DNA of 64,000 nucleotides, from assembly GCA_024275015.1 (NCBI GenBank), contig JAJRZW010000032.1, positions 30,755 to 94,754 on the forward strand, written 5' to 3'. The first letter of the stretch is position 1. Each line of letters starts with the position of its first letter. A program made the translations under genes and the position numbers. The notes beneath the pieces were generated by a model. It was not told the DNA's origin. It did no database searches and saw nothing but the letters and a program-made list of their open reading frames with translations. The stretch is from Deltaproteobacteria bacterium. Its GTDB lineage: Bacteria > Desulfobacterota > Desulfobulbia > Desulfobulbales > JAJRZW01. Below, piece by piece: positions 54,391-63,232 of the stretch.

Positions 54391-56277
54391 ATGACATCGT
54401 TTTTCAGCAGGATCGGACTACGAGGTAAAATCTACAGCGGGATCGGAGTGGTCATCTTTCTCTCCACCCTGGTGATAATCAGCTACCAGTTGTCGTTAAG
54501 GCAGGTGACCGGCAGATATAACAATCTCCTTAACGTTGAGATGCGCACGGCAATGATCGGCCATGATATCGACGCCGAGACCATGGATTATGACCGCTAC
54601 GTCGAAAAATTCCTCATCCTCCACGACCAGGATTCCCTCAAGGCCCAGAAAGAACTGGCTGAAAGCGCAATGGCCGATATCAGGAAACTGGCCGACCTCG
54701 CCACCGCCACCGGCAACCGGGGACTTGCCGACAAGGCGGATCGGCTGCGGCAATTATTGACCAGCTACAATACCGGCCTAAAGACGGTGGTCGCCGGCTG
54801 GAACAAAAAGGGCCTGAATGAAAAGGAGGGTCTTCAGGGAGAGTTCCGGCAGACGGCCCACGCCCTTGAAAACACATTCAGGCAACACATGGCCCCCCGG
54901 CTGTACATCACCCTGCTGCAGATCCGCCGTCACGAAAAAGACTATCTCCTCCGCGGCAGCCGGAAATATATTGACAAGACCAATCAAACCGCGGAGAGAT
55001 TCGCCGCCGAGGTCGACGAGGCCGGTTTACCCGCGGCCGTCAAGGCCACCCTGCAGCAGGAGATCACCAACTACCGCCGCAAATTTGACGCCCTGACGAC
55101 GGTGGACCGGGAAATCAGGACCGGCCTTGATAAAATGCGCCAGGCTTACCGGGAATTAGGTCCCCTGGTCGACGCGGTGGTAGACGGCAGCGCAAAGGCC
55201 GCGGCCATGAAGGCCGATACCGCCAAGGCCGGGGCCTCAAAGAACGGCGCCATCTCCATGGCCATCGGGGGCGGCGGTATAATCCTCGGCATCATCCTGG
55301 CCTTTATCCTCGGCCGCTCGATCAGCGCCCCCATTGACCAGGCCATCAAGGAACTGGGAGACGGGGCGAACCAGGTGGGCAGCGCCGCCGACCAGATGTC
55401 GGCCAACAGCCAGATGCTGGCCGACAATGCCGGGGAACAGGCCGCCGCCCTTGAAGAAACATCGTCATCGATGGAGGAAATGTCCTCCATGACCAGACAG
55501 AACACCGATAATGCCGGCCACGCCGACAAATTAATGACCGAGACCATGGCGGTGGTGACCCGGGCCAACGACTCAATGGAAGAGTTGACCCGGGCCATGG
55601 CCGAAATCGCCCGGGCCAGCGAAGATACCTCGAAGATCATCAAGACCATTGACGAAATCGCCTTTCAGACCAATCTCCTCGCCTTGAACGCCGCGGTGGA
55701 GGCAGCCCGGGCCGGAGAGGCCGGGGCCGGTTTCGCCGTGGTCGCCGAGGAGGTCAGAAACCTGGCCATGCGCTCGGCCGACGCCGCCAAAAACACCGCT
55801 GGCCTGATTGAAGATACCGTGGCCAGGGTCTCCCGGGGCAGCGCCATTGTCGATGACACCGCCAAGGCCTTTGTCGAGATAAACGAGCACTCAAACAAAA
55901 TCGGCGAATTGATAAAAGAAGTGGCGACAGCCTCCATAGAGCAGGACACCGGCGTTACCCAGGTAAACAAGGCGATCACCCAGCTGGACCAGGGAGTACA
56001 GAGTATTGCCGCCAACGCCGAGGAAACCGCCAGCGCCTCCGAGGAATTAAACGCCCAGGTGGCAAGTATCCGGGACACCCTGGCCGCCCTGGCCGCCCTG
56101 GTTAACGGTACTGAAAAATCACTAACACCCCGCGCCGCAATGAATCCCCCCCGGCCACCCCGTAAGTCCCTGCCACCGACGAAAACCACTGCCCATGGCC
56201 GCATAAAGCAGGGAGAAGACAACCAGGCCGCCAGGGTAATCCCGTTTGACGACGATGACAATTTTGAGGACTTTTAA
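54391..56277 (+). CDS. methyl-accepting chemotaxis protein
   Basis: Two TM helices flank a ~260 aa helical sensor, followed by HAMP and the MA signalling domain ([40 protein letters not shown]). Confidence 0.9.
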   Translation: MTSFFSRIGLRGKIYSGIGVVIFLSTLVIISYQLSLRQVTGRYNNLLNVEMRTAMIGHDIDAETMDYDRYVEKFLILHDQDSLKAQKELAESAMADIRKLADLATATGNRGLADKADRLRQLLTSYNTGLKTVVAGWNKKGLNEKEGLQGEFRQTAHALENTFRQHMAPRLYITLLQIRRHEKDYLLRGSRKYIDKTNQTAERFAAEVDEAGLPAAVKATLQQEITNYRRKFDALTTVDREIRTGLDKMRQAYRELGPLVDAVVDGSAKAAAMKADTAKAGASKNGAISMAIGGGGIILGIILAFILGRSISAPIDQAIKELGDGANQVGSAADQMSANSQMLADNAGEQAAALEETSSSMEEMSSMTRQNTDNAGHADKLMTETMAVVTRANDSMEELTRAMAEIARASEDTSKIIKTIDEIAFQTNLLALNAAVEAARAGEAGAGFAVVAEEVRNLAMRSADAAKNTAGLIEDTVARVSRGSAIVDDTAKAFVEINEHSNKIGELIKEVATASIEQDTGVTQVNKAITQLDQGVQSIAANAEETASASEELNAQVASIRDTLAALAALVNGTEKSLTPRAAMNPPRPPRKSLPPTKTTAHGRIKQGEDNQAARVIPFDDDDNFEDF

Positions 56278-56374
56278 CAGACCGTTGAAAAAGCCGTCCA
56301 TAGCCTTTTAAACGCGGAGAGATCGGCAGCGCGTTCATACGCCTTAACAGTTCGTTTTGCAACGGACTGTTAAG
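56276..56374. repeat. R1 repeat, copy F (short)
   Basis: ttaacagaccgttgaaaaagccgtccatagcc...cttaacagttcgttttgcaacggactgttaag. Confidence 0.75.
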
Positions 56375-56383
56375 GCCCGGGGG

Positions 56384-57796
56384 TCAGGATTCGCCGCTTT
56401 CGTCTTCCCGATTCATCTGCCGGTAAATCGACCACGCCATCAAGGCGATCAAAAGCACTCCCGAGATCAAGACCAGCCACAGGGTATATCGACGCCAGTG
56501 TACGGGAGGGTCAGCCGGAATCAGAAGCTGCCGGCCGCCAATCAGATATTGGGCGCCGGTGGACGCGGGTCTGGGAACGAACTTTTCTCCGGTCGACCTT
56601 TGCGCTCCCGCCAGCAGAGAGCCGAGATGAAACCCTGGCGGTAAAACTGCCGTGGCCCCATAGGCGAGGATGAAAGGTCCATTACCCCGGGCGAGAAATA
56701 CCAGATCTTCGGGGCGCCAGGTAATATCAAGCAAAGGCGGGGTCGTGATCCCGCCTTCCGCGGCGGCCACCCGTACCAGCCAGTAACGCTGAACCGTTCC
56801 TCCAACGGATACCGGATCATTTTTCAGCCTCACACCGTCGGCGGCCAGGCTGTACGCGATCCCGCGCCATCTCGGCGAGAACGACGACAATTCCCTGCTG
56901 TTTGCCGATAATAAGGCCACCGTCGCCATGGCGTTTTCATCCCCGATTGAAACCCTGACGGAATCAAGGGGGATAAAGCCGGTCACGTCGGCCAGGTAAT
57001 CCCTGAACCCTGCCTTTGCGTGGACAGACGCGACCGTTTCCACCTGTAAATGCCGGCTGTCCGGCCACCTGCCCCCCCGTCTCTCCCAACCATGGGCGAT
57101 AACCGCGGACAGTTGAAAAAACCGATCCCGGTCGACCGGGACGAGACGCAGATATTTCCCCCTGATCCCGTCAAGCCTTATCCGGTTACGATCGAGACGA
57201 AACCCCCGATGACGCATCCGGGCAATGGTCGCGGTCGTGACCCGGCGCCATCCCTGCAGGTCGTCACTTGTTTCAAGCCTTACCCGCCTGATGAATTCCC
57301 CCTGCTCCATCGGCCATGACAGATCAAGGGCGAAAATCGCCCTGTGGTCGATGGCAGTGCAATCGATCAGCCAGTACGCCACCCGGGCGACGCCATCTCC
57401 AGAGGCGGCACTGCTCACGTTTATGACCATTCCGTCCCTGCCCGTCTCGATATGGAGCCCGGAAACGGCCACATCCTCCCCCGGCGCCGCCATTACCGGG
57501 AAAAAAGGCAGGGCTGTGTCCAGACGATCTTTTTCCGGTTTCGGTTCCAGGGGCCGCCGCAAAAGGAAGGGTACGGATTCGCCCTTGCCGTTAAAAACCC
57601 GCATATCACCGCGATCGGCGCGGCTCAGGCCCTGATAAACCTCAAGTGGCAGGGGAAATTTATAAACCGGGGCCCGACCGTTGATCATAATTTTCATGCC
57701 GTAGGCGAACATCCCCGGTTTTGGCGGCTCCACCGCAAACGCCCGAAACGGGAAAAACAGATAAAGTGCGATCAGCGCCAATGCCGTCTTTTTCAT
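56384..57796 (-). CDS. DUF3999-like protein (signal peptide, large periplasmic part, C-terminal TM)
   Basis: MKKTALALIALYLFFPFRAFA, then ...YKFPLPLEVYQGLSRADRGDMRVFNGKGESVPFLL..., then a C-terminal TM helix (YTLWLVLISGVLLIALMAW). The family call is from memory of DUF3999 and is coupled to the DUF2339 gene. Confidence 0.55.
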   Translation of the reverse strand: MKKTALALIALYLFFPFRAFAVEPPKPGMFAYGMKIMINGRAPVYKFPLPLEVYQGLSRADRGDMRVFNGKGESVPFLLRRPLEPKPEKDRLDTALPFFPVMAAPGEDVAVSGLHIETGRDGMVINVSSAASGDGVARVAYWLIDCTAIDHRAIFALDLSWPMEQGEFIRRVRLETSDDLQGWRRVTTATIARMRHRGFRLDRNRIRLDGIRGKYLRLVPVDRDRFFQLSAVIAHGWERRGGRWPDSRHLQVETVASVHAKAGFRDYLADVTGFIPLDSVRVSIGDENAMATVALLSANSRELSSFSPRWRGIAYSLAADGVRLKNDPVSVGGTVQRYWLVRVAAAEGGITTPPLLDITWRPEDLVFLARGNGPFILAYGATAVLPPGFHLGSLLAGAQRSTGEKFVPRPASTGAQYLIGGRQLLIPADPPVHWRRYTLWLVLISGVLLIALMAWSIYRQMNREDESGES

Positions 57797-60576
57797 CCCG
57801 CCGCCTCCGTCCCCTCAGCCTCCCGCCCCGGAAGCGGCGACAGGTAACCAATAATCAGACAGATCACTCCGACCCCGAGGAAAGATATTATCCGGGCAAT
57901 GGTCCCGGTATTACCGAGGTCAAAAAGAAAAAGCTTGACCACCACAACCCCGACCAGGGCCGCCCCTACCAGCCATACCACCCTTATCTTTTTGCGACTG
58001 GCCCACGACATGACCGCAAAGGCCGACAGGGCCCAGAATATCGACAGTGACGCCTGTACCAGTCCTGAATCCATCATCGAATGAAGATCAAACCCCACCT
58101 CAAACCAGAAATGAAGCGTCCGGATCAGGGTGGCGTTCAACCACAAAAACACCGTGCCCCCGGTAATTATGACCAATTGCCTGCGGAGTAAAGAAAAAGG
58201 CTGAATGTCCATCCGCACCGCCAGGGTCCGGGCCCAGAACAGGCAAACCACCAGCACCATGACCTGGGCGAGGTCAAGGGGATTGAGAAAGGGGACATAT
58301 CTCAGGGGGGCCGGGTCTCCGTGACAGAAAAGATTCGTCAGCACCGACCCGGCCCAGAGAAAAACAACAACCGGGGCCATGGCATGATAAACATACGACC
58401 TCCGGTTTTCAGCGACCGGCCATGGCAGGGTGTGGCTGAAACGGCTCAAAAAAAAGACAAACAGCCCCGGAACCACCGCGAGGGTAGACAGGGGCCAGAT
58501 CGAGGCGAAGCGAAAGAGATATTGCCGGGGAACAATAAAACCGGTCGGCATCGTGGTCATGACCCAGCCCGCCCCCCCGGGCAGCAGGCGCTCAACCCGC
58601 CAGTACGCCTCAAACGACAGCAGCGCGATCATGAAAATGAGCAAAACCGTATGGATGAAGGAGGAAAAATCCCCCCTAGGTTCCCGGCGGTCACGGTACA
58701 GGAGATAATAATGAACCCCGAAGGCAAAGGGCCAGGCTGCAAATCCAAGAAAGGCCGAGGGCGGACAATAAAAGACAAAGGATGTGTAAAGTCCGCAGGC
58801 AAACATCAGAAAAAAAAGCCCCCGGTAGACCCGGCCCGGCACCCGCCATGACAAACCATCGGCAATAAAACGAAAATCAAGGACCGAGGCCGAGACGAAA
58901 AGCAGCAGGGCTGAAGGCTTGTAAAAGTGGGGAACAAAACAGTCTATCTCATGCCAGCCGCCGCCGAACCCCCACAACAGAGCCCAGGCAAGCATCATCC
59001 CGCTTTCTGATTTCGCGGTTTCATGGTCAGCCCGGTAAAGAAAAAAGGCACTGATAAAAGCGGCCATGGACACCACCAGGCAACCGAGATAAAACCCGTT
59101 AACCACCGGATAACCGCCAAAGGACAAACGGGTCGACAGCACAAAACAAAGGCCGGCAAGCCCCTGCATGACCATGCCGAAAACCCGGGCGACCGGCCGC
59201 TTCTGCCTGATCCCGACCCAGACCACCGCCGCCCCTTCAAGGGCCCAGGCCGCCGAGGTCCATCGGCCGTCAACGGCCAAGGGAATGGCTATGGTCGCGA
59301 AGACCACCCCGATGAAGAGAAATGATTCAATCAGGGTTCCCATGGCGGCGCTGCCCTTTTTCTTTACCGCCCAGGCGATCCCGACGTAAACGGCGCCCAT
59401 GCCCAGGGCGCTCCAGGCCATACCGAACTCAAATCCTCTTACCAGGTAATATTGCAGGGCGAAACAGACCACCGGGGTACCGAAGACCATGGTGCAATCA
59501 ACATAGCCCTTACGCGCCAGCGGCTGGTTGGAGGCGAAGAGCAGACCAATGGCGAGGTAAAAGAGGAAAAAAAGAACCAGAAACGCTGCGGTGGAGACAA
59601 ACATCTCCGGGACAAAGGACCTCAGACCCCACAGGGCACTGATGGCAAAGGTGAAGACAAAACCGATAAAATTCAGTTCCCGCCAGGATTTATGCCGGGC
59701 GGTAAACAAGATGCCGAAGTTAAGCAGGGCGTAATAGGAAAACAGCATCACATGACTGCCGCCACCGGTAGAGGTAAGCACCGGGGCGAGAAAACCGCCG
59801 ACAATACCGATGACCGCGAGCGCACGGGCATCCTGAAGAATCGCAAGAACCGCGGAAAACCCGGCAAGCCCGGCGAGAAGCCCGAGAGAGACAGGCACCG
59901 GCAGGAGGGCGTAAAGCTTTAAAGCGGAAAATATGGTCAGATAGAGGACCCCGACACCGCCGCCCTGAAGAATCAGGGAATAAGTCGTCATTTTGCTTCG
60001 CAGACGCCAGCCGATAACAAGCATTGCCATCCCCCCGATACAGATGGCGGCAAGTCGTATCTCCACGGGGATCATATCGCGTTCAATGGAATACTTGAGG
60101 AGAAAGGCCACCCCGAAAAAAAGCACCATAACCCCGACCCGGACCACAACATTGCCGCCGGTAAAATATGACCTGATAATATCAAACCACTCGATGGCCT
60201 GTCCCCCGCCTTGTGGCGCCGACTCCGGTACCACGGGTGAAGCGGCGACAATTCCGGATTCCGGCATCGCCGCCGGAATATCTTTGCCGGGAGACTGCTC
60301 CATGGCCGCGACATCGACCTTTTCCTCCTCGATCCTGAGTTCAGGCAGCGGCGATTGCCGTTGCCTTGCCGGGGCGGTGGCGATATCCGGGGGAGCCGCG
60401 CCCCGGTCAATGATCCCGAGTTTCTGCTCAAGGTCGGAAATTCGTCTTACCAGCACAAATATCCTCGCAAACAAAATACCCATCCCGCCGCCAACCAGGG
60501 CCACGAACCACTCCCTGCCGAGGGAGGCCATGGCCATGGCCGCGACCAGCCCGATGATCAAATATAAAAAAGTCAT
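57793..60576 (-). CDS. DUF2339-like large polytopic membrane protein
   Basis: 927 aa. An N-terminal TM helix and a short coiled segment (ISDLEQKLGII) are followed by a low-complexity linker and more than 20 hydrophobic segments. Strong GGAGG RBS. 4-nt overlap with the downstream gene. Confidence 0.6.
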   Translation of the reverse strand: MTFLYLIIGLVAAMAMASLGREWFVALVGGGMGILFARIFVLVRRISDLEQKLGIIDRGAAPPDIATAPARQRQSPLPELRIEEEKVDVAAMEQSPGKDIPAAMPESGIVAASPVVPESAPQGGGQAIEWFDIIRSYFTGGNVVVRVGVMVLFFGVAFLLKYSIERDMIPVEIRLAAICIGGMAMLVIGWRLRSKMTTYSLILQGGGVGVLYLTIFSALKLYALLPVPVSLGLLAGLAGFSAVLAILQDARALAVIGIVGGFLAPVLTSTGGGSHVMLFSYYALLNFGILFTARHKSWRELNFIGFVFTFAISALWGLRSFVPEMFVSTAAFLVLFFLFYLAIGLLFASNQPLARKGYVDCTMVFGTPVVCFALQYYLVRGFEFGMAWSALGMGAVYVGIAWAVKKKGSAAMGTLIESFLFIGVVFATIAIPLAVDGRWTSAAWALEGAAVVWVGIRQKRPVARVFGMVMQGLAGLCFVLSTRLSFGGYPVVNGFYLGCLVVSMAAFISAFFLYRADHETAKSESGMMLAWALLWGFGGGWHEIDCFVPHFYKPSALLLFVSASVLDFRFIADGLSWRVPGRVYRGLFFLMFACGLYTSFVFYCPPSAFLGFAAWPFAFGVHYYLLYRDRREPRGDFSSFIHTVLLIFMIALLSFEAYWRVERLLPGGAGWVMTTMPTGFIVPRQYLFRFASIWPLSTLAVVPGLFVFFLSRFSHTLPWPVAENRRSYVYHAMAPVVVFLWAGSVLTNLFCHGDPAPLRYVPFLNPLDLAQVMVLVVCLFWARTLAVRMDIQPFSLLRRQLVIITGGTVFLWLNATLIRTLHFWFEVGFDLHSMMDSGLVQASLSIFWALSAFAVMSWASRKKIRVVWLVGAALVGVVVVKLFLFDLGNTGTIARIISFLGVGVICLIIGYLSPLPGREAEGTEAAG

Positions 60577-60625
60577 ACTCCCTCCTCATTTGATGAAGTC
60601 GTGACAAGTCCCCGCTCCGGAGAGA

Positions 60626-60730
60626 AAACAAGTTCCGGCCAACCTCTCGATTTCACCGGGGTTTTCAATCCGGTGAAATCAGCGGCGCATCCATGCGCCG
60701 CGACCATCCCGTTTTTCAACGGGCTGTCAG
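60626..60730. repeat. R1 repeat, copy G
   Basis: aacaagttccggccaacctctcgatttcaccggggttttcaatccggtgaaatcagcggcgcatccatgcgccgcgaccatcccgtttttcaacgggctg. Confidence 0.8.
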
Positions 60731-60799
60731 GAGCTGATCAAAGGGGGGAAATCGCGTGCAGGATGGGCTCCATGGATCGCTTATTTTCATCTTTATACC

Positions 60800-60911
60800 A
60801 GAACGTTGGAAAAATCGTCCATGCCTTTTACAGCCTCTCGATTTCACCGGATTTTTCGACCCGACGGCGCGGACATCAGCCGCGTGCAATCCGTTTTTCA
60901 ACGGACTGTCA
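60800..60911. repeat. R1 repeat, copy H
   Basis: gaacgttggaaaaatcgtccatgcc...cctctcgatttcaccggatttttcgacccg...caatccgtttttcaacggactg. Confidence 0.8.
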
Positions 60912-61000
60912 AGTCAACAAATTGGCGGATACGGCAAAATACATGTATAGTGCCGCAATCGAAGAAGGCGGTGGTATGGAACGACCATCTTGTCGCCGTA

Positions 61001-61086
61001 GCAGTCCGTTGAAAAACGGATTGGCCGGAAGCTGCTTTGGCCAACCGGGAGTTGAAAAAGCCAGGACGACTTTTTCAGCAGTCTGA
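61001..61086. repeat. R1 repeat, copy I (opposite orientation to G and H)
   Basis: gcagtccgttgaaaaacggattggccggaagctgctttggccaaccgggagttgaaaaagccaggacgactttttcagcagtc. Confidence 0.8.
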
Positions 61087-61119
61087 TAGAGAACAAATAT
61101 TTTCAGGAGGTTATTCACA

Positions 61120-61767
61120 ATGAAACTTATACTTCTTGGCGCCCCCGGCGCCGGCAAGGGCACGGTGGCAAAAATGCTGACCAGGATTGACGGTTCGGTG
61201 CAGATCTCAACCGGCGACATCCTCCGGGGCGCGGTCCAGGCCGGCACCGATCTCGGCACAGAGGCCCAGGGATACATGGATCGCGGCGACCTGGTTCCCG
61301 ATTCCCTGATCATGGGGATCATGGAGAAACGCCTCCAGGAAGACGACTGTAAAACCGGTTTCCTCTTGGACGGTTTTCCCCGCACCATCCCCCAGGCCGA
61401 GGCCCTGACCGAACTGCTTGAAAAATTAGGGATAAAACTGGATATGGCGGTTAACATCGACGTTCCCCGCGACGTGATCTTCGACCGCCTCTGTACCCGG
61501 CGAACCTGCGAAAATTCCGATTGCCAGGCGATCTACAACATAAAGTCCATGCCGCCGAAAAAGGAAGGCGTCTGCGATAAATGCGGCAGCGCCATCGTCC
61601 AGCGGGCCGATGAAACCGAAAAGGCCATCGGCCACCGCCTTGACACCTATAACGAAAAGACCGCCCCATTGGCCGGATTTTACCAAGGCAAGGGGCTGCT
61701 CCGGACCATCACCGGCACCTCAAGCGAGGTGGTGGTTGACGCGATCAAAAAAGAATTGGGAATCTGA
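61120..61767 (+). CDS. adk: adenylate kinase (long form with Zn-type lid)
   Basis: MKLILLGAPGAGKGT...GFLLDGFPRT...; lid Cys pattern CxxxxC...CDKCG. Confidence 0.95.
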   Translation: MKLILLGAPGAGKGTVAKMLTRIDGSVQISTGDILRGAVQAGTDLGTEAQGYMDRGDLVPDSLIMGIMEKRLQEDDCKTGFLLDGFPRTIPQAEALTELLEKLGIKLDMAVNIDVPRDVIFDRLCTRRTCENSDCQAIYNIKSMPPKKEGVCDKCGSAIVQRADETEKAIGHRLDTYNEKTAPLAGFYQGKGLLRTITGTSSEVVVDAIKKELGI

Positions 61768-61810
61768 TTTTCAGAAGTCGGAAGTCGGAAACCAGAAGAC
61801 TGATTGTGGT

Positions 61811-61850
61811 AAAACCGGGCTTGATGAGATATCATCAGGTCCGGTTTTTT
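61811..61850 (+). terminator. rho-independent terminator after adk
   Basis: AAAACCGGGCTTGATGA-gata-TCATCAGGTCCGGTTTT followed by TT. The stem is long with two mismatches. Confidence 0.65.
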
Positions 61851-61884
61851 ATCCCCGTCCACCTTTATCCCGGTCCCCGGAAAA

Positions 61885-63216
61885 GTGCCTGATAAAAAGA
61901 AATTTATAACCGTGATCGGCGGCGGCCTTGCCGGGAGCGAGGCCGCCTGGCAGGCGGCCCGGCGCGGCTGGCCGGTGCGCCTGATTGAGATGCGTCCGCT
62001 AAAAAAGACACCGGCCCATGAAACCGGAGGTTTTGCCGAGCTGGTCTGCTCAAACTCGCTCCGTTCCAACGCCGCCGATTCGGCCATCGGCCTGTTGAAG
62101 AATGAACTCCGCTGCCTCGGTTCCCTGATAATGACAGCAGCGGACGCAACCAAAGTCCCGGCCGGAAGTGCCCTGGCGGTTGACCGGGAAAAATTCTCCG
62201 CCCATATCAGCGAAAAAATCAGTGCCCACCCCCTGATTACCGTGGACCGCGCCGAAATAAAAAAGGTCCCCTCCGCGGAATCCGGCCCGGTGATCATCGC
62301 CACCGGCCCCCTGACCTCGGACAGTCTCGCCGCCGACCTGGGGCTGATCACCGGGACGGAAAACCTCTCATTCTATGACGCCATCGCCCCCATCGTTGCC
62401 GCCGATTCCCTTGATTACGACAAGGTGTACCGGGCCTCCCGCTATGACGACGGCCCCGGCGACTACCTAAACTGCCCCATGGATCGGGATGAATACGAAA
62501 GGTTCATCACCGCCCTGGCCGCGGCCGACCGGATCCGGCCGCGGGAGTTCGAAGACCCGAAATACTTTGAGGGCTGCCTGCCGATTGAAGTCATGCTCGA
62601 ACGCGGCGACGACACCCCCCGTTTCGGGCCGATGAAACCGGTGGGCCTGCCCGATCCCCGCACCGGCCGCGACAATTATGCGGTGGTCCAGCTCAGAAGC
62701 GAAAACCTCGACAACAGCGCCTATAATCTGGTGGGGTTTCAAACCCGGATCACCTATACTGAGCAACAGAAGGTCTTCCGCCTCATCCCCGGCCTCGAAC
62801 GCGCCGATTTTCTCCGCTTCGGCAGCGTCCACCGCAACACCTTTGTCCGGGCGCCGAAAGTGCTGGCCCCGGGGCTTGAGCTCGCGGCCCGTCCCGGAGT
62901 AATGCTGGCCGGGCAGGTAAGCGGGGTCGAGGGCTATATAGAGTCCTGCGCCATGGGGATGCTGGCGGGGATATTCGCCGCAGGACATATACGGGGGAAA
63001 CCGGTTCCACCGGTCCCGGAAGGCACCGCCCTCGGCGCCCTCCTCAACCACCTTTACCACGGGAACGTAAAAAAGTTTCAACCATCAAACATCAATTTCG
63101 GCCTGTTCCCCCCGCTTGGCCAACGACTACCCAAAAAAATGCGGGGGGCGCGGCGAACCGAAATAGCCCAAAAAAAGCTGGAGGATTGGATCATTGCCGA
63201 AAGTACTATCAGCTGA
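61885..63216 (+). CDS. trmFO: methylenetetrahydrofolate-tRNA-(uracil54-C5)-methyltransferase
   Basis: GTG start. VIGGGLAGSEAAWQAARRG is the FAD-binding motif, and ...CSNSLRS...GFQTRITYTEQQKVFRLIPGLE is the typical TrmFO/Gid core. Confidence 0.9.
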   Translation: MPDKKKFITVIGGGLAGSEAAWQAARRGWPVRLIEMRPLKKTPAHETGGFAELVCSNSLRSNAADSAIGLLKNELRCLGSLIMTAADATKVPAGSALAVDREKFSAHISEKISAHPLITVDRAEIKKVPSAESGPVIIATGPLTSDSLAADLGLITGTENLSFYDAIAPIVAADSLDYDKVYRASRYDDGPGDYLNCPMDRDEYERFITALAAADRIRPREFEDPKYFEGCLPIEVMLERGDDTPRFGPMKPVGLPDPRTGRDNYAVVQLRSENLDNSAYNLVGFQTRITYTEQQKVFRLIPGLERADFLRFGSVHRNTFVRAPKVLAPGLELAARPGVMLAGQVSGVEGYIESCAMGMLAGIFAAGHIRGKPVPPVPEGTALGALLNHLYHGNVKKFQPSNINFGLFPPLGQRLPKKMRGARRTEIAQKKLEDWIIAESTIS

Positions 63217-63232
63217 ACTGATACTGACCGTT

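Noticed and set aside
10157-61086. Whether the recurring repeats form a CRISPR array
   Set aside because: The copies are dispersed over 50 kb in both orientations and lack regular repeat-spacer periodicity. Even the three adjacent copies at 60.6-61.1 kb have differing lengths and orientations. No cas genes are present.
60601-61096. ORFs 60601-61086, 60756-60950, 60806-61012, 60914-61096 and 60909-61457
   Set aside because: They are composed of R1 repeat sequence. The same peptide fragments (FNGL, SVFQRTV, PLDFTG) appear wherever the repeat occurs, in either orientation. 60909-61457 also runs antisense into adk.
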